From Eubacteriales bacterium (GTDB lineage Bacteria > Bacillota > Clostridia > Oscillospirales > CAG-382): 33,407 bases of DNA. Location: NCBI GenBank assembly GCA_045652185.1, contig JAZRTU010000004.1, forward strand, positions 1 through 33,407, written 5' to 3'. Each line of letters starts with the position of its first letter. The stretch's first letter is position 1. The notes under the pieces are model-generated. The model was not told the origin of the DNA. It did no database searches and saw only the letters and a list, made by a program, of their open reading frames with translations. Both the position numbers and the translations under genes were made by a program. Positions 8,998-17,905 of this stretch are shown here, piece after piece.

Positions 8998-9519
8998 GTG
9001 ATGATCTATTACGGTGAATCATCGAGAGAAAACGGTGTAAATTCCATAAGCGTCGAAATGTCGTTTGGTGAAGAAGAAGGCGCTTTCTATGGAAGTACAG
9101 GAATAAAAACACTCGATATGCTTTTGCTCAGCTTTTGTAAACAAGGTCATATCGATCTTACTGTTGACGTTGAAGAAACGAATGAATTCACGCCTGAAAC
9201 CATCGCCGTTTTGATGGGGAATTGCACGAGAATGGCGCTTGACGGAGTGACTGATGAATTGATGGCAGTTTGCGAAGTACCGTTTGGTGAATCGCTCGGA
9301 AAAGCTGTGCTTGACCTTTCCGAAAACGCTTTGACAGCGTTTGTGTTCGAATGTGAACTTGACAACTCAAAATCGTATATACGCGATTTTCTAAAGACGT
9401 ATACATATTCAATGGGTAAAACGATGCACATATATATTTACGGAAGCGGCGGCGACCAACATAAAGCCGAAGCGATATTCCGCTCGCTTGGAAAATGCTT
9501 CCTTGAATGCTTGAAATAG
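8998..9519 (+). CDS. Imidazoleglycerol-phosphate dehydratase (IGPD/HisB)-fold protein with degenerate active-site motifs
   Basis: Collinear with the B. subtilis HisB sequence as I recall it: TGIKTLDMLLLSFCKQGHIDL vs DVPFMTHMLDLFTKHGQFDL; EVPFGESLGKAVLDLS vs FVPMDEALAQVVIDLS; MHIYIYGSGGDQHKAEAIFRSLG vs LHVIVHYGTNTHHMIEAVFKALG. The DxHHxxE motif is NEFTPE here and the second HH is QH. GGAGA RBS. The start is GTG 8998 or ATG 9001. Confidence 0.72.
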   Translation: MMIYYGESSRENGVNSISVEMSFGEEEGAFYGSTGIKTLDMLLLSFCKQGHIDLTVDVEETNEFTPETIAVLMGNCTRMALDGVTDELMAVCEVPFGESLGKAVLDLSENALTAFVFECELDNSKSYIRDFLKTYTYSMGKTMHIYIYGSGGDQHKAEAIFRSLGKCFLECLK

Positions 9520-9537
9520 AAAAGAGATGTATAAAAA

Positions 9538-10374
9538 TTGATATATGCAGATATGCATACACACACCGCCTTTTCCCACGATGCAAAGCAGGGAAGTGTA
9601 AACGGTAATTGTGAAGCGGCGATAAAGCTTGGAATGAAATACGTAGCCTTCACCGAGCATTATGACGTCGATATGTTAAAAACTTCGAAAACCCGCACCT
9701 TTGACCTCGACGGATACCGAAAGGCTGTGTTCGAAGCAAAGGAAAAGTATGCGGGAAAGATCGAGGTGCTCTATGGAATGGAGCTCGGTGACTGTATTAA
9801 GGAAAAAGAAGAATCCTTCCGCCTTGTTACGACAGAGCCGTTCGATTTCATAATAGGCTCGATCCACGCGCCGCGCCGCGAGTTCGATTTTTTGAGTATG
9901 ACATACGATAAGACCGATGCGGAGATGATAGCTGTGTTCGAGGAATACCTCGAGGACCAACTTAACCAAATAGCGTGGGCAGTCGAAAACGGAGAAAGAC
10001 GATTCGATGCCGTCGCACATATAACTTATCCATACAGATATTATCTTCAAAACGGCAGAGGATATCTGATGGACCTCAAAAAAGACTATTTTGAGGAGTT
10101 TTCGGAAATAATGAAGGCGTGTATAAAAAACAATATCGCGCTTGAATGTAATACTTCGGGACTTCGACAGCTAATGGGGGAACCACTCCCCAACGAAACG
10201 TTGCTTCGCCGTTATAAAGAGCTTGGCGGTGAGTTGATAACCGTCGGAAGTGATGCACATACTCCAACCGACGTTGGAAAGGGTATTGACGAGGTATATG
10301 AGTTGCTTCAAACGCTCGGATATAAATATACGACCGTCTATAAAAACAGAGAACCAATACAAATAAAAATATAA
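9538..10374 (+). CDS. hisJ: Histidinol-phosphatase, PHP (HisJ/HisK) family
   Basis: PHP motifs DMHTHTAFSHDA, FTEHYD, GSIHAP, AHITYP, GSDAHTP. The start is uncertain (TTG 9538 or ATG 9553) and the SD is weak. Confidence 0.8.
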   Translation: MIYADMHTHTAFSHDAKQGSVNGNCEAAIKLGMKYVAFTEHYDVDMLKTSKTRTFDLDGYRKAVFEAKEKYAGKIEVLYGMELGDCIKEKEESFRLVTTEPFDFIIGSIHAPRREFDFLSMTYDKTDAEMIAVFEEYLEDQLNQIAWAVENGERRFDAVAHITYPYRYYLQNGRGYLMDLKKDYFEEFSEIMKACIKNNIALECNTSGLRQLMGEPLPNETLLRRYKELGGELITVGSDAHTPTDVGKGIDEVYELLQTLGYKYTTVYKNREPIQIKI

Positions 10375-10378
10375 AAGG

Positions 10379-10867
10379 ATGAAAATGATGGAAAAATCTC
10401 TTTTGAATCTACTGGAACAAGACGCAAGATTGACCGATAAACAAATCGCCGTTATGCTTGGAAAAGAAGTCGGTGATATAAAGAAAATGATCGAGGATTA
10501 TGAAAAAGACGGAACGATACTCGGATATCGCGCCGTAATAGATTGGGATAAAGTAGGTAACGAGACTGTCAGCGCACTTATCGAATTGAAGATAACACCC
10601 CAAAAGGACAGAGGCTTTGACCATGTTGCAGAAAGAATATGCAATTACGACGAGGTAAAAAGTGTATATCTGATGAGCGGTGGGTTTGACCTTGCGCTCT
10701 TTATAGCCGGAAAAACGATGCGCGAGGTGGCATATTTCGTTGTTGAAAAGCTCGCGCCTCTTGAATTCGTAACTTCAACCGCAACACATTTCATTCTCCA
10801 CAAATATAAAGAGGAAGGTATCCTTTTCGCACCGTCAAAAGAAGATGCAAGGACCAACGTATTATAA
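10379..10867 (+). CDS. Lrp/AsnC-family transcriptional regulator
   Basis: N-terminal helix-turn-helix (LLNLLEQDARLTDKQIAVMLG) plus a C-terminal RAM/ACT-like domain. The true start could be ATG 10385 or 10388, which are better spaced from AAGGA. Pairing with a downstream aminotransferase recalls B. subtilis alaR-alaT (inference). Confidence 0.88.
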   Translation: MKMMEKSLLNLLEQDARLTDKQIAVMLGKEVGDIKKMIEDYEKDGTILGYRAVIDWDKVGNETVSALIELKITPQKDRGFDHVAERICNYDEVKSVYLMSGGFDLALFIAGKTMREVAYFVVEKLAPLEFVTSTATHFILHKYKEEGILFAPSKEDARTNVL

Positions 10868-12039
10868 TGTTTGATATAAATAGTGTACTCTCGGAGCGCG
10901 CGATGTCGCTGAAGCCTTCGGGAATAAGAAAATTTTTCGATATATTGGACGAAATGAAGGGCGTTGTGTCGTTGACCGTCGGACAACCCGATTTCGTAAC
11001 ACCTTGGCATATTCGCGAAGCGGCGATCAATAGCCTTGAGGATGGCAAAACATACTATACAAGCAACGCCGGACTTTTGGAGTTCAGAACTGAAATAGCC
11101 GAATATCAGAAACGTCGTTTCGGACTCGAATATGATCCTAAAAGCGAAATAATAGTAACGGTCGGCGGTAGTGAAGCGATAGATATTGCGTTTCGTGCCG
11201 TTTTAAATACAGGCGATGAGGTAATAATCCCCGAGCCTTGCTTCGTTTGCTATGCACCGCTCGTAACGATGTGTGGCGGTGTTCCCGTTCCGCTCTCGCT
11301 CGAGGAAAAGGACGATTTTAAATTGACTCCCGAAAAGCTGAAAAGCGCCTTGACCTCGAAAACGAAAGCTGTAGTGTTGGCGTTCCCGAACAACCCGACG
11401 GGCGCTATTATGACGAAGGAAGATCTTGAAAGAATAGAATCGGTTATCGTGAATACGAATGCTGTCATCATCAGCGACGAAATATACGCCGAGCTTACAT
11501 ACGGAACGAAGCATACGTCAATAGCTTCAATTGGAAATATGAGAGAACGAACGATAGTTATCGGCGGTTTTTCAAAAGCATACGCAATGACCGGTTGGAG
11601 ACTCGGTTATACATTAGCACCAAAGGAATTTACCGTCCAAATGCTCAAATTGCATCAGTACGGTATAATGTGCGCACCTACGACGAGCCAATATGCCGCT
11701 ATCCAAGCGCTCAAAAACGGCGATAGCGATATTGAATACATGAAATCGGAATATGATAAACGCCGCAGATTGATAACCTCAAGGCTCGAGGAGATGGGAC
11801 TAAAATGCTTTATGCCCTATGGCGCATTTTACGTTTTCCCGAACATCTCCGAGTTTGGAATGACAAGCGAAAGATTTTGCGAGCGGTTGTTGTTTGAAAA
11901 GAATACTGCAATAGTGCCCGGAACGGCGTTCGGTGAATGTGGCGAGGGCTTTGCGAGAATATCATACGCATATTCTGTAAGACATATCGAAAAAGCGATG
12001 AATAATATAGAGGAATTTGTAAATGAGCTTAGAAAATAG
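10867..12039 (+). CDS. Class I/II PLP-dependent aminotransferase (aspartate/alanine aminotransferase-like)
   Basis: PSGIRKFF, TVGQPDF, YTSNAGL, and the PLP-lysine motif GFSKAYAMTGWRLGY. The start overlaps the regulator's stop (TAATG). Confidence 0.9.
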   Translation: MFDINSVLSERAMSLKPSGIRKFFDILDEMKGVVSLTVGQPDFVTPWHIREAAINSLEDGKTYYTSNAGLLEFRTEIAEYQKRRFGLEYDPKSEIIVTVGGSEAIDIAFRAVLNTGDEVIIPEPCFVCYAPLVTMCGGVPVPLSLEEKDDFKLTPEKLKSALTSKTKAVVLAFPNNPTGAIMTKEDLERIESVIVNTNAVIISDEIYAELTYGTKHTSIASIGNMRERTIVIGGFSKAYAMTGWRLGYTLAPKEFTVQMLKLHQYGIMCAPTTSQYAAIQALKNGDSDIEYMKSEYDKRRRLITSRLEEMGLKCFMPYGAFYVFPNISEFGMTSERFCERLLFEKNTAIVPGTAFGECGEGFARISYAYSVRHIEKAMNNIEEFVNELRK

Positions 12040-13165
12040 CGTTTCCTATTATAAAGCCGACTCGTATCTTGAGGAAGAGATAACGGAGTGTGTGCGGAAG
12101 ATATTTAACGATATCAACGCCGATGAACTTTTGGCGAATGCCAAGAAAATAGTCATAAAGCCGAACCTCGTAATAAAACGAGGCCCCGATGCTTGCTCGA
12201 CAACTCATCCGATGATGTTGACAGCAGTAATGAAAGCTCTCGAAAAATATAATGCAAGAAAAATTATAGTTGAATCTCCCGGTGGATTTTTCAACGAATC
12301 AGTTCTGAAAGGGCTCTATAAAGCAACGGGATTCGAGGAAGCGGCAAAAAATAGCGGGTGTGAGCTGAATTTCGATATTGAATCGGTAACCATTCCCTCG
12401 AAACGTCACGATGTTATCGGCGAATTCAACGTGCTTAGAGAGTTTGAGGGCGCTGACGTTATAATAAATCTTTGTAAATTGAAAACCCATACGTTAACGA
12501 CAATGAGCGCCGCTTCAAAGAATATGTATGGAGCGATCCCCGGACTTCAGAAGTTTGAACTTCACGCGAGATTTCCCGAAATAGAGCGTTTTTCAGCGAT
12601 GGTGCTTGAACTTACGGAAACACTCTCGCCGAAGATAAATATAGTCGATGCCGTATACGGAATGGAAGGCAACGGCCCCAACAATGGTGAGGCAAGATTT
12701 TTCGGAGGCATTTTCGGAAGCAGATCGCCATACGTTTGTGACGTCGTTTGCCGCGATTACCTCGGACTCGATGAAAACAGCGTTGAAATGCTCGACGTTG
12801 CTTATCAAAGAGAATTGTGCCCGAGAAACATCGACGGCGTAGAGCTTGTCGGTGATGTTGAGGAATACAAAAAAAGAAAACTGAAAGATTTGAAAATGCC
12901 CGATACAAAGAAGCTCAACATCATAACTACGTTGACGCAAGGCTTCGGTGGACGCTTTCGAAAATTTCTCGAGTCGCGTCCCGTCGCAATGAAGGATTGT
13001 AAGGGCTGCGGAAAATGTGCTGATTTTTGCCCTGCTAAAGCCATAACGATAGTTAAAGGCAAAGCGAAAATAGCCAGAGATGCGTGTATAAAATGCTATT
13101 GCTGTCAAGAGTTGTGTCCGTTTGGCTTGATGGGTATTAAGAGATTTGGAATATTCGATTTGTAA
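12023..13165 (+). CDS. DUF362 domain protein with a C-terminal 2x[4Fe-4S] ferredoxin domain
   Basis: DUF362-like core (VIKPNLV..., CKLKTH..., MEGNGP). C-terminal CKGCGKCADFCP and CIKCYCCQELCP clusters. GAGGAA RBS. There is a 17-nt overlap with the aminotransferase gene. Confidence 0.82.
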   Translation: MSLENSVSYYKADSYLEEEITECVRKIFNDINADELLANAKKIVIKPNLVIKRGPDACSTTHPMMLTAVMKALEKYNARKIIVESPGGFFNESVLKGLYKATGFEEAAKNSGCELNFDIESVTIPSKRHDVIGEFNVLREFEGADVIINLCKLKTHTLTTMSAASKNMYGAIPGLQKFELHARFPEIERFSAMVLELTETLSPKINIVDAVYGMEGNGPNNGEARFFGGIFGSRSPYVCDVVCRDYLGLDENSVEMLDVAYQRELCPRNIDGVELVGDVEEYKKRKLKDLKMPDTKKLNIITTLTQGFGGRFRKFLESRPVAMKDCKGCGKCADFCPAKAITIVKGKAKIARDACIKCYCCQELCPFGLMGIKRFGIFDL

Positions 13166-13174
13166 GGATGTAAA

Positions 13175-14020
13175 ATGAGTAACACTTTAGTTTTGAATGC
13201 CAATGCAAAAATCAACCTCACATTAGAAGTGGGTGGAAAAAGAGAAGACGGATATCATTCGTTGCGTTCAGTAATGGTGCCGATATCGCTTTTTGATACG
13301 ATAAGCTTGACACGCTCCGACGATATTAGCTGCGAATGCTCAAGACCTATGCCCGTCGGTGATGATAATATTGCCCAAAAGGCAGCAAAGCAATTTTTTG
13401 CGGACACGGGAATAAACGGCGGAGTAGGTATCTTCATAAAAAAACGCATCCCCGTAAGCGCAGGAATGGGTGGCGGAAGCGCCGATGCGGCGGCAGTATT
13501 AAAAGGACTCAATGAGATGTATAACGCAGGACTGAGCAATGATGAGCTTTGCCAAATAGGCGTTAAGCTCGGAGCGGACGTGCCGTTTTGCATATATAAC
13601 CGCCCTTGCTTTGCAGAGGGCATAGGTGAGGTGTTGACGCCGATCGCGATGGGCAGAACGCTTTCCCTCGTCGTAACTATCGGTAGTGAGGGAGCATCAA
13701 CGAAGCATATGTATCAGATGCTCGATTCGATTGAAGACAGAGAAAGTTGGTCTCACGACAAGATGAAATATTATCTCGGCATCGGTAACCTCAAAAAGAT
13801 AACGAAAAATCTCAGAAATGATTTTGAGCTTTGCTATGATGAAGAAAGCGGAGTTGCCGAGTCGAAACGTCTGCTGCTTGAAAACGGAGCGCTTGCCGCG
13901 TTGATGAGCGGTAGCGGAAGCTCTGTGTTTGGTGTATATCTAAAAATGAGCCTTGCCAAAGAAGCTGCAAAAGAGATCAGAAAAAAAGACAGATTTGCTT
14001 GGTTTTGTACAACAGTTTGA
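13175..14020 (+). CDS. ispE: 4-diphosphocytidyl-2-C-methyl-D-erythritol kinase
   Basis: NAKINLTLEVGGKREDGYHSLRSVM N-terminal signature and the GHMP kinase motif PVSAGMGGGSADAAA. Confidence 0.92.
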   Translation: MSNTLVLNANAKINLTLEVGGKREDGYHSLRSVMVPISLFDTISLTRSDDISCECSRPMPVGDDNIAQKAAKQFFADTGINGGVGIFIKKRIPVSAGMGGGSADAAAVLKGLNEMYNAGLSNDELCQIGVKLGADVPFCIYNRPCFAEGIGEVLTPIAMGRTLSLVVTIGSEGASTKHMYQMLDSIEDRESWSHDKMKYYLGIGNLKKITKNLRNDFELCYDEESGVAESKRLLLENGALAALMSGSGSSVFGVYLKMSLAKEAAKEIRKKDRFAWFCTTV

Positions 14021-14080
14021 TTAGATAATAAAAATGGTGTCTATAATCATTATGTAACGAAATGAAAGGACACCTTAATA

Positions 14081-14656
14081 ATGAATAAAAAAACGATCAT
14101 AACTTTTTGCCTCATCCTTTTTGTGATATCAATGCTGTTACCGTATATGCCAATACATAACGAGAAAGACATATACGATAGCGTGATAAGATTGCATATC
14201 ATCGCAAATTCCGATAGCGAGTATGACCAAGCATTGAAATTGAAGGTTAGAGACGAAATACTGAAAACTCATTTTCTTGAAGAAGCAAACGATATGAACG
14301 ATGCGAGTTTGATGATAGAAGCCAAAGCGGACGAGCTGCTTGAGTGCGCACGCGCGGTCTTGGTGGAAAACGGATGCCAAAGCGCCGTCTCGCTCGAATG
14401 GGGATATGAACGATATCCGACGAGATTGTATGAAGATACCGTCTATCCTGCGGGAAAATATCGTTCACTTAGAATTATAATAGGTGAAGGAGAAGGGAAG
14501 AATTGGTGGTGCGTTTTGTTCCCACCGCTTTGTACCAAAAGCGGCGTTGCCCAAATACCGCTTGATGACGAATCAAAAAAGACCTTCACCCTCGGCGGAG
14601 ATAAAAAGTATACTATAAGATTAAAAATATTGGAATGGTTTTCGTTTTACGATTGA
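14081..14656 (+). CDS. spoIIR: Stage II sporulation protein R
   Basis: Signal/TM segment, then IRLHIIANSDSEYDQALKLKVRDEIL and WWCVLFPPLC, both characteristic of SpoIIR. Confidence 0.87.
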   Translation: MNKKTIITFCLILFVISMLLPYMPIHNEKDIYDSVIRLHIIANSDSEYDQALKLKVRDEILKTHFLEEANDMNDASLMIEAKADELLECARAVLVENGCQSAVSLEWGYERYPTRLYEDTVYPAGKYRSLRIIIGEGEGKNWWCVLFPPLCTKSGVAQIPLDDESKKTFTLGGDKKYTIRLKILEWFSFYD

Positions 14657-14671
14657 AACGGAGAAAAAGAG

Positions 14672-17600
14672 ATGTTATATTGCGTAATAGGCAGAAGCGG
14701 GCACGGTAAAACAGAATATTTGATGACAACGATAAGCGAGCGGATCTCCACTCGCTCTTTTGTCATTGTACCCGAACAGCAATCTGTTGAAATGGAACAG
14801 CAGTTGTCGAAGAACGTCGGCGATATCTATAATATGTATTGCGAGGTCGTCAATTTCGACCGTCTTCCCGAACGAATATCGAGAGATATCGGCGGCGTGA
14901 AGGAAAAGTATATCGATACATCGGGAAAGGATATAATACTCAGCGCCGTCCTCGAGGAGCTTTCGGAAGTTCTTGAACAGTATAAAAATACATATCGCAG
15001 CGCAGACCATATAAAAAAGATACTCTCCGAGCTTGAGCAACTCAAAAGATATATGATAACCCCCGACTATTTAGGCGAATTGTCGAAAAAAACAGAAATA
15101 ACGGACGTCAAGCTTTCAAAAAAATTGTCCGACCTTTCGTTGATACTTTCCTCGTATAATGAAAAATTCCAATCATCGCTTGACCCTTCTGATGCGATGG
15201 AACGCCTTGTCGAAAAAATAGACGGAATGAATTATTTTGACGGAATGAACGTCTATATCGACGGATACTATTCATATACCGGAAAAGAAATGGCGCTTGT
15301 CAGCGAAATATTGCGAAGTGCCAAAGACGTGTATATCACCTTTTGCCTCGACGATGACGAGATGTTTGCCGAGAATATGAGAACTTACAAGGCGATAAAA
15401 CAGATCGCTTCGACCAATCACGTAAAAACGACCGACGTTTTTTTGAAGCATAATATAAGGCATAAAACGAAGGAGTTGCGCTATCTCGAAGCTAATATGT
15501 GGAATTATGGAGCGAAACCGATAGAAAACAGCGAGAACGTAATGCTTTTCAGATGTAAAGACGTGTTCGAAGAGAGTAGCGTAGTTGCATCACAAATACG
15601 TAAATTTATTCGAGAAGGATATCGCTTCAGTGATATCGGCATCGCGTTGCGCGATGCATCGGAATATAACGGCGTGCTCGATGTGGTGCTGAAAAAATAT
15701 GATATTCCTTGCTTTATGTCGATAAAGGAGGAGCTTTCCTCGAAATCGATCATCGCGCTGACGCTTTCACTCATTGAGCTTGCGATAAGTGACTTCTCCG
15801 TTCAGAGTGTTAAAAATTATATTAAATCATCATATTCAACCTTGACTCTTGAGGAACGCGACGTGCTTGATGCATATGTCACGATGTGGGACCTCAGAGG
15901 CGAGGGTATGTATAAAAAAACGTGGAAAATGAACCCACGCGGATACAAAGAGGAGCTGACCAAGGATGATATCTTGAACTTGAAGCTTGTTAACAGCGCA
16001 AAGAACAAGTTCTATCGTTCCGTTTGTGAATTCGTCAGAATATTGAAAGGCAAAAGCCTCACCTATTCAATAGCGGCAAACGTTTTGTATGACCACCTTA
16101 TCTCAATAAATGCCGACGAAAAATTGCTTGAAAAAGCAAAACTCTATCGTGAGCTTGGCGAGGAAGACAGATGTGTTGGACTTTTGTCTGTCTGGAGCGT
16201 TATGATAAAGCTGATAGACCAGCTTCACGAGGTCGGCGGTGACGGAGCAGTGAAGCTGCGCGGATTTTTAGAAACGCTAAAAATGATGATCAGCGAATAC
16301 GAGATAGGTTTAATACCGACTTCCAACGACGAGGTAACCGTCGGCGAAGCCCAATTGATGCGCTTTACCGACAAAAAGATCTTGTTCATTATGGGTGTGA
16401 ACGAGGGTGTGTTTCCGTCGAACAGTGTCGGCAGCGACCTCTTTACAGAACGTGAGCGAAAAACACTCGACAGCTTTAATTTCGAAGCAACGTTGACTTC
16501 TCCGAGAGCGCAGTGCAGAGAGCATTTTCTCTTCTACCGCACGGCAGTATCGCCGTCGGAAAAGCTGATCCTTTCCTATACGATGTCGGGTACTTCCGGT
16601 GACAAACGAAGCCCATCCGTTGCGGTTATGAGCGTGTCTCGGCTTTTCGATGATCTTGAGGCAAAAGAGATCGACGGCGAGTTCTTGATCGAAAACAAAA
16701 ATACAGCGCTCGAGTACTTCTCAAAACTTCCCAAAGATGTAAAAGCATATCTGGAATCTCAGGGCGTGGAACAGATAGACGGAATAACCCCAAATAGCGA
16801 AACGATCAACATTGACGTTGATAGCCTATATCTCTCGCCATCTTCCGTCGAAAGATACGGACTTTGTCCATTCTCGTTCTTCGGGAAATATCTTCTCGCG
16901 TTGCGTGAAACTAAAAAAGCAAAATTCGAAAATTCCGAAACGGGAACATTTATCCATAAATTGCTCGAGGATTTTATGTGCGAGTATTCTGAAAATATCC
17001 GCGAGGTCACCGATGATATGATCGAAACGAGCGTGAAACGAAACGCCGCCGAATTTGCGAAAGTGTTCGTGCCGAACGACGAGCTTACGAACAGATTTGA
17101 ATATCGATTAAAGCGTTTAACGGTGATGGCTGTCGAGATAATAAAGAATTTGCGCGATGAGTTTATAAGCGGTGATTTTGAGCCGCGTGAGTTCGAACGC
17201 CGAGTCAGCGCAAGTATTGACTTTGACGATGATACGACGAAGCTTTCGGGAATAATCGACAGAGTTGACGTGCTTGAGCATGAAGGAAAACGTCTCGTTC
17301 GTATAGTAGATTATAAAACAGGTCAAAAAGAGTTGCGTCTTGACGACGTGCTTGACGGCTTGTCGCTCCAAATGCTTTTGTATCTGTTCTCGTATTGCAA
17401 AGAGACCGATTCCTATCCGTGCGGAGCAATGTATATGTATGCCGCCGCCCCCGACGAGCAGGAGGATAAAAGCGGTAATTTTAAGGAAAAACTGAAAAAG
17501 AGCCTGAAACGAAGCGGCATATTTATAGATGATATCGATATATTGATGAAGATGGAGCATGGTGGTGTAGGGACGTACCTTCCGGTGAAAATGAAAAAGG

Positions 17601-17905
17601 ACGGAACACTCTATAAAAATTCGCCCGTTCTCTCCGAAACGGGATTTAATGAGCTTGAACAATATATCTATGAATATATAAGAAAGACAGCATCATCAAT
17701 AAGAAACGGCAAGCTCGGTGTCAGACCGGTCGTAAACAGTAAAACGGATGCTTGTAAGTATTGTAAGCTAAGACCGCTGTGCCGTGTAACAGAGGATATG
17801 AAAATAGCCCGTCCTATCCTCGATGAAAAAATGACAAAATGGGCAGAAAAGATCAGAAAGGAAACGAGCGATGGCATGGACGGTGTCGCAGACCAAAGCA
17901 ATTGA
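14672..17905 (+). CDS. addB: Helicase-exonuclease AddAB, subunit AddB
   Basis: 1077 aa. N-terminal degenerate Walker A GRSGHGKT. C-terminal RecB-type nuclease motif IVDYKTG flanked by Cys residues for the Fe-S staple (CPFSFF ... CKYCKLRPLC). It lies immediately upstream of addA and overlaps it. Confidence 0.9.
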   Translation: MLYCVIGRSGHGKTEYLMTTISERISTRSFVIVPEQQSVEMEQQLSKNVGDIYNMYCEVVNFDRLPERISRDIGGVKEKYIDTSGKDIILSAVLEELSEVLEQYKNTYRSADHIKKILSELEQLKRYMITPDYLGELSKKTEITDVKLSKKLSDLSLILSSYNEKFQSSLDPSDAMERLVEKIDGMNYFDGMNVYIDGYYSYTGKEMALVSEILRSAKDVYITFCLDDDEMFAENMRTYKAIKQIASTNHVKTTDVFLKHNIRHKTKELRYLEANMWNYGAKPIENSENVMLFRCKDVFEESSVVASQIRKFIREGYRFSDIGIALRDASEYNGVLDVVLKKYDIPCFMSIKEELSSKSIIALTLSLIELAISDFSVQSVKNYIKSSYSTLTLEERDVLDAYVTMWDLRGEGMYKKTWKMNPRGYKEELTKDDILNLKLVNSAKNKFYRSVCEFVRILKGKSLTYSIAANVLYDHLISINADEKLLEKAKLYRELGEEDRCVGLLSVWSVMIKLIDQLHEVGGDGAVKLRGFLETLKMMISEYEIGLIPTSNDEVTVGEAQLMRFTDKKILFIMGVNEGVFPSNSVGSDLFTERERKTLDSFNFEATLTSPRAQCREHFLFYRTAVSPSEKLILSYTMSGTSGDKRSPSVAVMSVSRLFDDLEAKEIDGEFLIENKNTALEYFSKLPKDVKAYLESQGVEQIDGITPNSETINIDVDSLYLSPSSVERYGLCPFSFFGKYLLALRETKKAKFENSETGTFIHKLLEDFMCEYSENIREVTDDMIETSVKRNAAEFAKVFVPNDELTNRFEYRLKRLTVMAVEIIKNLRDEFISGDFEPREFERRVSASIDFDDDTTKLSGIIDRVDVLEHEGKRLVRIVDYKTGQKELRLDDVLDGLSLQMLLYLFSYCKETDSYPCGAMYMYAAAPDEQEDKSGNFKEKLKKSLKRSGIFIDDIDILMKMEHGGVGTYLPVKMKKDGTLYKNSPVLSETGFNELEQYIYEYIRKTASSIRNGKLGVRPVVNSKTDACKYCKLRPLCRVTEDMKIARPILDEKMTKWAEKIRKETSDGMDGVADQSN

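Noticed and set aside
14021-14080. A sigma-F-type promoter upstream of spoIIR. I also looked for a sigma-E-like CATATACT upstream of the spoVB-like gene (about 22775-22790, minus strand).
   Set aside because: I could not match both -35 and -10 elements at the proper spacing to the B. subtilis sigma-F or sigma-E consensus by eye. The evidence is too weak to report as a feature.
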